Part shown: positions 25,795 through 37,082 of the stretch, piece by piece | Layout: the number at the start of each line of letters is the position of its first letter | How positions within the stretch are numbered: the first letter of the stretch is position 1 | Origin: Azolla caroliniana | Lineage: Eukaryota; Plantae; Polypodiophyta | Reading direction: 5' to 3' | DNA length: 64,000 nt | Assembly (NCBI GenBank): GCA_043228905.1 | Contig: JBHGNT010000008.1 | Coordinates: 5,518,001 to 5,582,000 of the forward strand | Notes under the pieces: generated by a model | The model's database searches: none | Told to the model about the DNA's origin: nothing | The model's input: only the letters and a program-made list of their open reading frames with translations | Position numbers and translations under genes: made by a program

Positions 25795-27143
25795 ACGGAT
25801 GCTGAAGAAGGCTCTGAACTGGACATTCTCATTGAAAGACTTGGGGCTGGCAAGACAGATATTGGGAATACACATCATTCGGGACTGGTCGAAGAAGCTT
25901 TTGTGGTTGTCACAGGAAAACTACGTGAGAAAGGTACTCCAAAGGTTCAACATGTCGGAGGCAAAACCGGTCGGATCGACACTTCTGGCAAACTACAAGC
26001 TATCCGGAAAACAAAGCCCGGGGACAAAGGTGGAGAAGATGGATATGATGAAGATACCATATGCCTCTGCCATCGGGAGCTTGATGTACGCAATGGTATG
26101 TACCTGCCGGATGTCGGATATGCAGTCGGAGTGGTGAGTTGGTTCATGAGCAATCCTGGCAAAGAGCATTGGAACACGGTCAAGTGGATACTCCAGTACT
26201 TGAACGGAACCTCGAGTATGTGCCTCCAGTTTGGCTCCGGTAATCCCCAACTTGACGGATTCACGGATTCGGATATGTCGGCTGATGCGGATACCAGGCG
26301 GTTTACATCTGTATATGTCATGACTTATGCAAGGGGAGCTGTATCATGGCAGTCAAGGATGCAGAAGACGGTTGCGTTGTCGTGAAGATTTTCGGCAATA
26401 GTGTGAAAATCCCATAAAACGTACGAAATCGAGTATGAATCACGTAATACAATAATTGTGAAGATAACATTTTTAATATCTAAGTACAAAATGATGGAGG
26501 TTTCGAATGTGCAGAAGACGGTTGAGTTGTCGTGAAGATTTTCGGCAATAGTGTGAAAATCCCATAAAACGTACGAAATCGAGTATGAATCACGTAATAC
26601 AATAATTGTGAAGATAACATTTTTAATATCTAAGTACAAAATGATGGAGGTTTCGAATGCACTTTATTACACGAGAAATGGACAACTAAATGTCAAGATA
26701 TGAGGGTATAAAGTTTGTGAAAAGAAAAGAGAAATTTGTGAGATATCCCACATAGGCACGACAAATACGGCTCTCATCATATATAAGGTGGAGCAAAAGA
26801 TATTATCTTTGTGTCTATGTGTGGAGCATAGAGAGTTCAAGGTAACTTGAACTAAGAGTGGAGGTGGCTAGCTACTCGTAAAGGGTTTTGGCCAACCAAA
26901 ACCGGACCGGCGATGGAGTCGGTGATCCGGCGGCGGCACCGGTAACCGACGACATTCGGCATCCAGCACTGGTATCCGGCGAGGCACCGGTAACCGATGA
27001 CATCTGGCGGCGGCACCGGTATCCGGCGTCGGCATCCGGCGGCGGCGAGGCACCGGTATGCGGCGACGGTATCCAGCGAACCGGCGTCCGACGACTAGAT
27101 AAATAAATATATAAATATATATACATATTTACATATACAAGGA

Positions 27144-27212
27144 GGGCAAGTATGGATTCGAACCTTGCACCTCCAAGTTAGGAGTCAATTGACTTACCAT
27201 TAAGCCATGCTA
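27144..27212 (-). other. tRNA-derived cassette with Pol III A and B boxes inside the LTR (second copy at 34015-34082)
   Basis: Minus strand reads TGGCTTAATGGTAAG...CTCCTAA...GGTTCGAATCC; D-arm hairpin present; acceptor stem not intact. Confidence 0.7.
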
Positions 27213-27616
27213 TTTAGTTGAAATTATATTTCTATCATTATACTTTTACATGCAAATTCTCATACATGAGAGCTAAAATGAGTGACATGGTTATCATGCA
27301 CCACATGTAATACTTAAGCGCCAAATGGCAAACGTGCAATTTATGCATGTCTTGTACCCTCACATGCATCATATGCATGAGAGCATCTATAAAAGAGGGA
27401 AGGGGGAGGAGAAAAAACACGGTTTTTTTTATGAAAATTAAGAGGAAGAAATTCGTTATCAAATCAATCGTGTAATCTCAACTTCTCTCTTTCCCAATCT
27501 ATCTTAAGTACTTTCTCGCCAAAGCTTGTATCGACTCTAAATCCTTCTGGTCTAGAACCCCGGCGGTTCCGCCTCACGATCCGCGCGTAGTGACGGATCT
27601 TCACGACATAATTAAG

Positions 27617-27634
27617 TGGTGAACCCGACGTGAA
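27617..27634 (+). promoter_or_regulatory. Primer-binding site, tRNA-Trp
   Basis: TGGTGAACCCGACGTGAA matches the recalled 3' end of plant tRNA-Trp; 8 nt after the LTR end. Confidence 0.85.
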
Positions 27635-27676
27635 CGAGGCGGTAGGAAGGATCAAGTCGAGATTAATACTTGGAGA

Positions 27677-29874
27677 TGGCGTCCTCAAGCAACCAAGCGG
27701 GAGACCTCGAAAGGATGTTTCTAATCGTCGAGCAAATGATGAGATCTCGGGACAACGACGCGAGCGTGGAGAAGGCTGTCGATCGTGTCGTAGAGCTCGA
27801 GGGCCAATTCGATGGAAGGAACGTTACGAAGTTCCTTGATGCATATAAGAGGGAGATGAATCAGAGGGACGTGTCCGAGGCACGTCAAATCGCAAGCTTC
27901 AAGAGAGTTGTCGCCAACAACATCCAAAGACGCGTCATCGAGCTTCAAGAAGGTAAGACAACATGGTCCGAGTTCGAGAAAACGATACTAGCGGAGTTCG
28001 TGACTGAAGACTCAACGAGGATGACTCGACATGCCCTGATGAAGTGGATAGAGAAGAAGAATAAGAAGATGAGCGTCTCGAGGGTGTACGACGAATTCGA
28101 CCAGATGTTTAGTCATCTCCCCAATACGGACCAAGTGTTGCTTGAAGAGGACAAGACTTTGGACTTCTTGAAGGCCGTGGACATAAAGGATAGACGGGAG
28201 TTGGGGACTCTTCTCGAAGATGATACCCAAGCAAATGGGCTCGTAGCGGACTGGATCGCGGTGAAGCGGGCATTGAATAGGCTCAACAAGCATCACCAAT
28301 GGGTTGATGACACCGACTTGACGGGACCGACTACCACGGAGAAAGCAAGACCGTAGAAAGTAGCTGAGCCGCTGAGACAAAGTAACGTGGAAGAAAAGAA
28401 GATTGATGACAACATCATTGAAGAGCTAGCGAAGAAGTTTGAGAAGGTCACACTAGCCAACATGAATCGTCGGGGCACTAAAGGAAAAGAACCCTTTAGA
28501 TGCGTGTGGTGCAATAGCATGGACCACATGAGAAGGGATTGTGCGAGCCTTCGAGAGGCGATTCGACAAAATATCGTATACATAGAGGACAACATGATCT
28601 GCTCAAGCGAGACTAGAAGACCCCTACGGGTGAATTTCGGAAGAGGAGGAATGAAGAGATCTATGGAGGATGCCGATGCGACTCATGTGGATGCGATGCA
28701 CTATGCTGCGTCCGCCGGAATAAGAGTCGGGAAAGACAAGACTGAAGCTGCTAGAGCGGGAGCAAAGTTTTGGACTTCTGTTCTCGAATATGAGAAGAAG
28801 GGAAAAATCACATCGAACGAGGTAGAGCTTGCGGACCGAAGCGTGCAAAGCATAACCGGGTGGTCGGATCCAGTGGACGACAACACCATACTCGCAGAGG
28901 TGATGTGCGACAACCACGAGGTGTTTGTCGAAGAAAAGAGAAAGATAATAGAAGAGCAAGGGCCATCAAAAAGACATGAAACAAGGAACGCGAAAAAGAA
29001 GGACGATGCGGAGACGAGTCGACCTTTACAAACGGAGGAACGAGAATCAAGCCGAAAAGGGGAGCCAAGCATATGAGTTGAAGAAACGGTTCAGCCCGTG
29101 AAGGTTGGTGTCGAAGACCCCACTCGGAGGACAAGGACTATACCTACTTATAAGCTAAGGTCGAACATAGAGAGGACGACGGACCAAAAGAAGATTCTCG
29201 AAGAACGAGTTCTTGATAGCCACGTAACTTTGTCCTTGAGGGAATTGCTTGGCATTACGAAGAAGGAGTTCCACGACACGATCGTGGACCTTGTAAAGAG
29301 AAAGAGACATCAATCGGACGAGGAAGAAGAGAAGCCACAAAAAGCAAAAACGAATGCCATAATGATGGAAAGAGATGAAATCGATGAAGATATGGTGGAC
29401 AACCACTACACTCGACCTCATTGGGCACGAGCGACAACGGAGACACCGGTGAAGATCGGGGAGAAGAAAGAGACCGTCGTAGCCTTGAACGACCACGGCT
29501 CGGAGATCAACCTCATGTCAACCGACTTCTACAAAAAGGGAAGATGGCCAATCAATACAAACCACGGATGGAAGATTCGCGCGGCAACAAAGTCTACGGA
29601 GGACTTGTATGGAGCTTGTCCCAATGTCAAAGTCATGATCGGGGATGTGGAGATGGATCAACACTTCTTCGTACAAGAATCGGCGTCGCATCCTGTCATC
29701 CTAGGGCAACCTTATATCACATCATCTCGGATGGAGACCAGAGTGTTCGATAATGGAGCAGCCTTCGCACGAATAAAGAGTCTTGACAACCAAAGATCGG
29801 TCCAATTCCTAACGGTGCGAGCCAATCATGAAAGGAATCGAGATAGTCTCGGAGGCGAATCCTCGGATTTTTAG
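27677..29874 (+). pseudogene. Gag-protease ORF with two in-frame stops
   Basis: Three ORF-track pieces lie in the same frame; CVWCNSMDHMRRDC knuckle; protease-like ALNDHGSEINLM...VILGQPY. Confidence 0.85.
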
Positions 29875-32800
29875 AGCGGACTATTGAAGCATGGGGCACA
29901 AATAGTCCGAGCAATCACAAGACCCCACAAGAAAGAAGAGTGAGTGGATTGCAAGGAGAAGCAACATGTGTCACACCTAGTGGCGCATGTAAACTAGTAC
30001 TACCCGACAAGAAGCACAAACACCGGATACAAGAATTCGAGAAGATGCTGAAAGAAGAGAACATAATAGAAGAAGGGGAGTTCATGACTCATATTATGGA
30101 AGAAGCCTCATTTAACGACACTATCGGCGAAATCAAGGACGTCGTGGACTTGAGCTATCTTCACAACCAATGCGTGATTTCGGTTAACTCCGTCAACATG
30201 TACGCTATCATCGATGAATACCGTCGTGGCATCTCGATGAAGGAAGCTGACATCAACACGAAATATAAAACGGTGGATAAGAAGATCAAGCCAGTTGCGG
30301 TTCCGCTACCGGAAGATAGCTGGCAAAAGATGAAGGAAGTCGCTAACGATCCAAGCTTAAGAGATCCGAAGAAGATAGGTCATGTCTTCACCAAAGAGAC
30401 GAAGTGGAAGCTACGAGTTGGAAAGGAGAATTTCCTTCTCCCTGAAGAGGACTGAATGTTTCGCGATATGCTTGAGAGACATGGGAAGGCTTTCGCATTC
30501 TTCCCATGAGAAATCAGATGCGCCGACCCAAAGGTTATAGAGCCGATGGTGATCTTCACGGTGCCTCATGTGCCTTGGAACTTGAAACCGATACCGGTTC
30601 CGAGAGCACACCTTCCGAAGCTGATCGAGCTCTTAAAGGAGAAGGTGAGTATGGGAATTCTAGAACCGTCGAATGCTCCTTATTCCAATAGGTGGTTCAC
30701 GGTGCCGAAGAAGAATGGATCATTGCGATTCATCCAAGATCTTCAACCCGTCAACAAGGTGACAATTCGAAATGCCGGAATCGGTCCGAGCGTGGACAAA
30801 TTTGCCGAAGCGTTTGCGGGCCGGTCCATCTACTCCATTGGCGATCTCTACTCCGGATATGACCAATTCCAATTGGCGATCGACAGTCGGGACATTACAA
30901 CCATGAGGACTCCGATCGGGCTTGTGCAGATGTGTACCTTACCCCAAGGCGCAACGAACTCGGTGGCTCATATGGTGAATGCCATGAATAAAGTCTTGAA
31001 GGATTGCATTCCAGACATCACGATGCCATTCTTGGATGATATTCCGATAAAAGGATGTTCGGATGAGGAGAAAGATGAATCGAAAGATAAGGAAGGTTGT
31101 AGGAAGTTCGTTGCGGATCATATGAAAGATTGCGAGAAGGTGCTTCAAAGGCTCGAAGATGCGAATTTGACATTTTCGGGAGAAAAATCCGCATTCGGGC
31201 AACCGGAGATCTTGGTGGTAGGTCACTTGTGTGGAGCATACGGCCGGAAGCCCTCGCCATCCAAAGTGAACGCAATCCAAGACATGAAAGAAGAATGTGA
31301 AAACCAAACGGAGGTTCGAAGGTTCCTTGGAGCGTGCGCGTTTTATCATATATGGATTCCTCACTACGCTCATGTCGCCGAACCGTTATATGGACTACTA
31401 AAGAAAAGAATAAAGTTCGAATGGCGAGACGAGCACACAGAGGCGATGCGAAGATTAAAGAAACTGCTTCTTGAAGCTCCGGCACTAAGGAAGGCCGACT
31501 ATGCCGAAGGGAAACCAATTTACGTGACCGTAGATACGAGCCCAACCGGAATCGGGTGGGTCATCAATCAAGAAGGTGAAGATAATGCGCGATATGCCGT
31601 CCGGTTCGGAGCAAAGGTTCTCAGCGAACGGCAACAAAGATATGCCCAAGTCAAGCGGGAACTTTGGGGTATTGTGTCGGCAGTGAAGACGGACAAAGAT
31701 TACCTGATCGGGTCAGAAGTGATAATAGAGACAGATTGTCTCCTAATCCTCGGAATGATCTCGGGATGTGCGACCCCAGATCTTGCTATGCTAAGGTGGA
31801 TCGCCTACATCAAGTCTTTAAACCCAGAGATCCGTCACATCGCAGGGAAGAAGAACGCCATGGCTGACATGCTGTCGAGGGCAAGATTTTCAAATGGAAG
31901 TAACATGGTTTCGGAAGATGAAGATGTCGCCCTCAACTTCTTCAAGATGGCTCGATTGTCGGCGGAAGACCAGGACACGCAAACCCTCCACGCCTTCAAC
32001 GAGAACGAGTACGAAGGAGAATGGTTACTCATCGGTAGATTCCTAAGAACATTGACGACAGATGCTTCGTTAACAAAGGAGGAGGCCCTACGAATCCGAA
32101 AGAAAGCTTACCGATACTTCTTGAAGGGAGGATTCCTTTGGAGACATCCAAAACGAAGAACAGGAATACCACGTCGAGTGGTGGTAAAGAAAGAAGAGCA
32201 AGAGATGCTGATGACCGAATTCCACGAGAGTGCTTGGGCAGGTCATAGAGGAACATGGGCGACGTTCGAAAAATTGAAGGAGAAGTATTGGTGGCCAAGC
32301 ATGTACAAAGATGTACTCCATTTCGTGTCCACATGTGAAACTTGCCAAATATATTCAAATATACGTCATCGTGATGAGTTAAAGCCGACATACCCACTCA
32401 CCATTCACTTCAAATGGATGGTGGATCTGGTCTCGATGCCAATGGGAGTGGGACAAATGAAGTACTTAGCGCTCGCAAGGGAAGACTTGACAAATCAAGT
32501 GGAAGGACGAGCCTTGACAAATAAGACGACTTCAGCCGTTTGTAAATTTTTACTTGAAGATGTTGTTTGCCGATATGGATGTGTAGGGAAGATAGTGGCC
32601 GACCGAGGGGAGTTGGACGCGCACGAAGCGACGGAGCTCTTCGAAAGACTAGGCGTGAAGCTCTCCCTCACGACTGCCTACAATCCGGAAGCAAATGGGA
32701 AGATCGAGCGAGGGCATGGACCTATCGTTAAAGCCATCGTACGGGCATGCAACGGTCGAGTCGGGAATTGGCCACGACTATTACCCTATGCCTTGTGGGC

Positions 32801-33359
32801 CGATAGAACAACACATAGCTCGGTGACAGGGTATATGCCGACGAAGCTTATGTATGGACAAAAGCCGATTATGCCCATCGAAAGGACGATCGCCTCATGG
32901 GTAGCGATACCGTGGGAGAACGAGATGAGCCGAGAAGAGTTATTAGTGGCGCGGATAAGGCAACTTGAAAGAAGACCTGAAGATTTAGAAAAAGCGTGAA
33001 AGATGATGAAGGCAGCCTGAGTAAAGAACAAAGTTCGGTTCGACAACACGCATCGACTTTGTCCCAAGAAGATTGAAGAAGGGGATTGGGTTTTGGTTTA
33101 CGACAACACCCTTGACAATCAACACAGTACAGCAAGGAAGTTCGCAAGAAGATGGTTCGGGCCGTATGTGGTGACAAGTGCCAACGATAATGCCACATAC
33201 CACCTTGCGGAACTAGACGGATCAAGGTTGGCCATACCCATTGCGGGAAAAAGAGTAAAGATTTTCAAGAAAAGACAAGACAAGGATCCTGACCTCGATT
33301 ACCTCGACGATGAACATAATAGGGCAGATGAAAATGAAGACATGGAGGAATCTAATTGA
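29871..33359 (+). pseudogene. RT-RNaseH-integrase ORF in the -1 frame, with several point stops
   Basis: YKTVDKKIKPV; DLYSGYDQ; PFLDD; VDTSPTGIG; HES..GH..C..C; integrase core; WFGPY. Confidence 0.9.
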
Positions 33360-36300
33360 TCATCGTAGCCGAAATCTCACTTCTTCTCTTCTTGGCACGT
33401 ACCGGAGGACGTGCCGTTTGGTGGGGGTGGATGTCGTGAAGATTTTCGGCAATAGTGTGAAAATCCCATAAAACGTACGAAATCGAGTATGAATCACGTA
33501 ATACAATAATTGTGAAGATAACATTTTTAATATCTAAGTACAAAATGATGGAGGTTTCGAATGCACTTTATTAAACGAGAAATGGACAGCTAAATGTCAA
33601 GATATGAGGGTATAAAGTTTGTGAAAAGAAAAGAGAAAATTGTGAGATATCCCACATAGGCACGACAAATACCGCTCTCATCATATATAAGGTGGAGCAA
33701 AAGATATTATCTTTGTGTCTATGTGTGGAGCATAGAGAGTTCAAGGTAACTTGAACTAAGAGTGGAGGTGGCTAGCTACTCGAAAAGGGTTTTGGCCAAC
33801 CAAAACCGAACCGGCGATGGAGCGGGTGATCCGACGGCATCCGACTGCAATCCGGCGGCGGCATCCGGCACCGGTATCTGGCGAGGCACCGGTAACCGAC
33901 GACATCCGGCGACGGCACCGGTATCTGGCGACAGCATCGGTATCCGGCGAACCAGCGTCCGGCAACTAGATAAATAAATATATAAATATATATACATATT
34001 TACATATACAAGGAGGGCAAGTATGGATTCAAACCTTGCACCTCCAAGTTAGGAGTCAATTGGCTTACCATTAAGCCATGCTATTTAGTTGAAATTATAT
34101 TTCTATCATTGTACTTTTACATGTAAATTCTCATACATGAGAGCTAAAATGAGTGACATGGTTAACACGCACCACATGTAATACTTAAGCGCCAAATGGC
34201 AAACATGCAATTTATGCATGTCTTGTACCCTCACATGCATCATATGCATGAGAGCATCTATAAAAGAGGGAAGGGGGAGGAGAAAAAACACGGTTTTTTT
34301 TATGAAAATTAAGAGGAAGAAATTCATTATCAAATCAATCGTGTAATCTCAACTTCTCTCTTTCCCAATCTATCTTAAGTACTTTCTCGCCAAAGCTTGT
34401 ATCGACTCTAAATCCTTCTGGTCCAGAACCCCGGCGATTCCGCCTCACGATCCGCGTGTAGTGACGGATCTTCACGACAACGTTGTCAACCACGGAGGCG
34501 GAGTACATGGCAACTGTAGAAGCCGACAAGGAGATAATCTGGATGAAGGACTTCATTGGAGAGCTAGGGATCCAACAGGAGGAATACCGGCTCTACTACA
34601 ACAATCAAAGTGCCATCCACCTTGCAAAGAACACAACCTACCATTCCCGGACGAAACATATCCAACGGACGTACCACTAGATCCGGGAGAGAGTAGAAGA
34701 TCGAGAGTTCATGCTGACGAAGATCCACACGGAGGAGAACGGGTCGGATATGCTGACCAAGGTGTTGGCAACCGACAAGCTGGATGTGTGTCGAAAGCGG
34801 ATCGGGCTGACAAGACATCCCATGCCGGAGTGAAGGGGGAGATTGTTGGGAAATCGGTCTCTCCGGATGGGATCCGGTGATGAATAAAGAGGACCCGATG
34901 AGAACCAGAAGAGAAGACATATCTGTAAATATGTTTTGAGTAAGCCTATTGAGGCTATATTTGTAAATAGCCCTAAGATCATATAAGTATAAATATGACT
35001 TAGGGCAATCACTTTGAAATGTAGTAGTAGTTGTTGTTGTCATATTGTTGTACAGAGAGAGTGAGAGATACAGAGAAATACTCTATTGTAACTACCGGTT
35101 GGCGAAGAAACAGAGCTCGAGGTCGTTGCCTTCGAGTCTCTGATTGTACCCTCTTTTCTTCATAGTGATAGTTGGAGTCTGTGGGCTCCCGTGGTTTTTC
35201 CCATTCAGGGTTTTCCACGTAAACATCTTGTGTATTTCCTTTGTGTACTCTCCACTTTCCATTTCTGTGTTTGATTCCCATTAAAGTGATTCATTACTCG
35301 GTTGTGGCCAAGCTATATTCCGCGCTATTCTCAACAGACTTCACAATTAGAGGCAATGGGGCCAAAGACAAAGGCACAAGTGAGCGGTGATTTTTCTCCT
35401 TCTAAACCATATTCTACAATTGATTTAGCAACTATTCATAATTCAGGCAAATATAGTACTGAAGATTATTGATCTCCCCATGCAAAGGAGGTTGTTGATC
35501 CTATTGCTAAAGCACTTAAAAGGAAGCGGCTGAGAGCTGCAAAGCAAGAAGAGAAAGAGGTTATACACCCGTCCAATCGACATCCACTTTTGATAATCCT
35601 TCCCAGTTAAGAAATACTTCAGTGGGAAGCATTGAACAAGATTTTGTATTAGAAATGACACATGATTTATCTGCCGACTCTGCCACAAATCGATCCAAGA
35701 CTATTAAAAGCATTGCTAAGTCTTATTTAGAGACACATAGCAAGGAAGAGCTAGGAATACAAATTCTACGAAAGACAAGGAGAGAAGGAGAAGGAGGAAA
35801 GATAAGGAAGTAGAAGAAAGACATTCAGGAGAAGGAGAAGGTCAAAGCCTACGAAAGACAATCAGCGCCACCGACCAACAATAGCAGAACCTACGAGACG
35901 GCCGATGTCTGGCAGGTGGCTGGATAGCCACCCAAGAGAAATGGTTGATGCACCAACCAGCCGAGCAATGTCCAACACCAGCCGTCTAAGAGTATGGGAA
36001 TAGACTATATAATAGATTTGTATAGATTCAGTTGTATTGATTCCATTCAAATGAAACAAAGTGTACAATGATGGAACAAGTAGTTGCAAACAATGTTTGT
36101 GTCTTTCCGATGAGGCACAATACCTCTTCATGTGTCTCTTAGATGAGACACCGTATTTATTATTGTTTATTTGTTTTATTGTTTTATTATTTTATTATTT
36201 TCTATTCCAGCACTCCCCCCTAATGAAATAATCAAAACATCATGTTCTTTTCTTCAACTTTAGAAAAATTTAGAAGCCCTATCTTCTTGCAACATAATAT

Positions 36301-37082
36301 GTGCTTTTGACTTCAAACTGGTTTCATACGAAAATCGGCCCACATCGAGGTTGATGGTGTGAACTTTAATTCTATCTTTTTTTCCTCGATCAAGTCTCGT
36401 AAGAAAGTGGATGCTTGAAGGAGACATGTCAAATATCGTCACTCATCTTTGGATTTCGTGCTACATTTATTCATGATTGATTATCACAATTCAACTCCAA
36501 TGCTAGTACTTTGAATAAATTTAATTCTTCAAGTATTGCTTTTATCCAAATTCCTTCTTTTATCGCTAGTGCAGCTCCAACATATTCAGCTTCAGTTGAT
36601 GACAATGCAACAGTTGTTTGCTTTTTGGACCACAAAGCAATTGCTTCACCTACTAGTGTATAAACATACCCACTAGTAGATTTCCAATTATCTACATCTC
36701 CCCTCCAATTAGAATCAGACCAACCACTAAGATTAGAGGAGGGATTTGTCCATCCACTTAGAATGTGGTGGGATGAGTCTGATTGTATAAGTGAATAAGT
36801 AATCGCTAAGTCTTTAGTATGCTTAAGATATCGAAGTACACGTTCAAGAGCTTGCCAATGTTTTGGACCTGGATTTAGTATGAAGCGTGATAATAAACCA
36901 GCACTAAAACATATATCTAGCCTTGTACAACTAACTAGATACCTTATATCCTATGACTTGTTTATACGGTACATTTTCCATTTCAAGAGATTCTTTAATG
37001 GTTTTAGGGGCATCGTCTAAGGATGGTCTACAAGTAGTTGTGAGTAGAGTAGATATTGGCTTACAATGTAACATGTCAAAAC

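Larger units (their letters stand above)
26378..34479 (+). mobile_element. Full-length, decayed non-chromoviral Gypsy (Phygy/fungal Ylt1-like), primed by tRNA-Trp
   Basis: LTRs at 26528-27608 (first 132 bp also duplicated at 26378) and 33432-34479; TGTCGTGAAGAT...ATCTTCACGACA termini; imperfect 4-bp TSD GCGT/ACGT; PPT GGTGGGGGTGGA. Confidence 0.93.
22105..35336 (+). mobile_element. Decayed Copia (Copia-5), 5'-truncated, hosting two nested insertions; own pieces are 22105-25107, 25795-26377 and 34480-35336 (3' LTR 34844-35336)
   Basis: gag-PR-INT-RT-RH homology to Copia-1 continues across both insertions (..QKTVA|LSTTEAEY); PPT at ~34828-34841. Confidence 0.92.

Noticed and set aside
27144-27212. 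Functional tRNA-Arg gene
   Set aside because: Acceptor and anticodon stems do not pair; retained only as a tRNA-derived cassette.
35337-35960. Purine-rich stretch with short ORFs
   Set aside because: No recognisable domain or boundaries.
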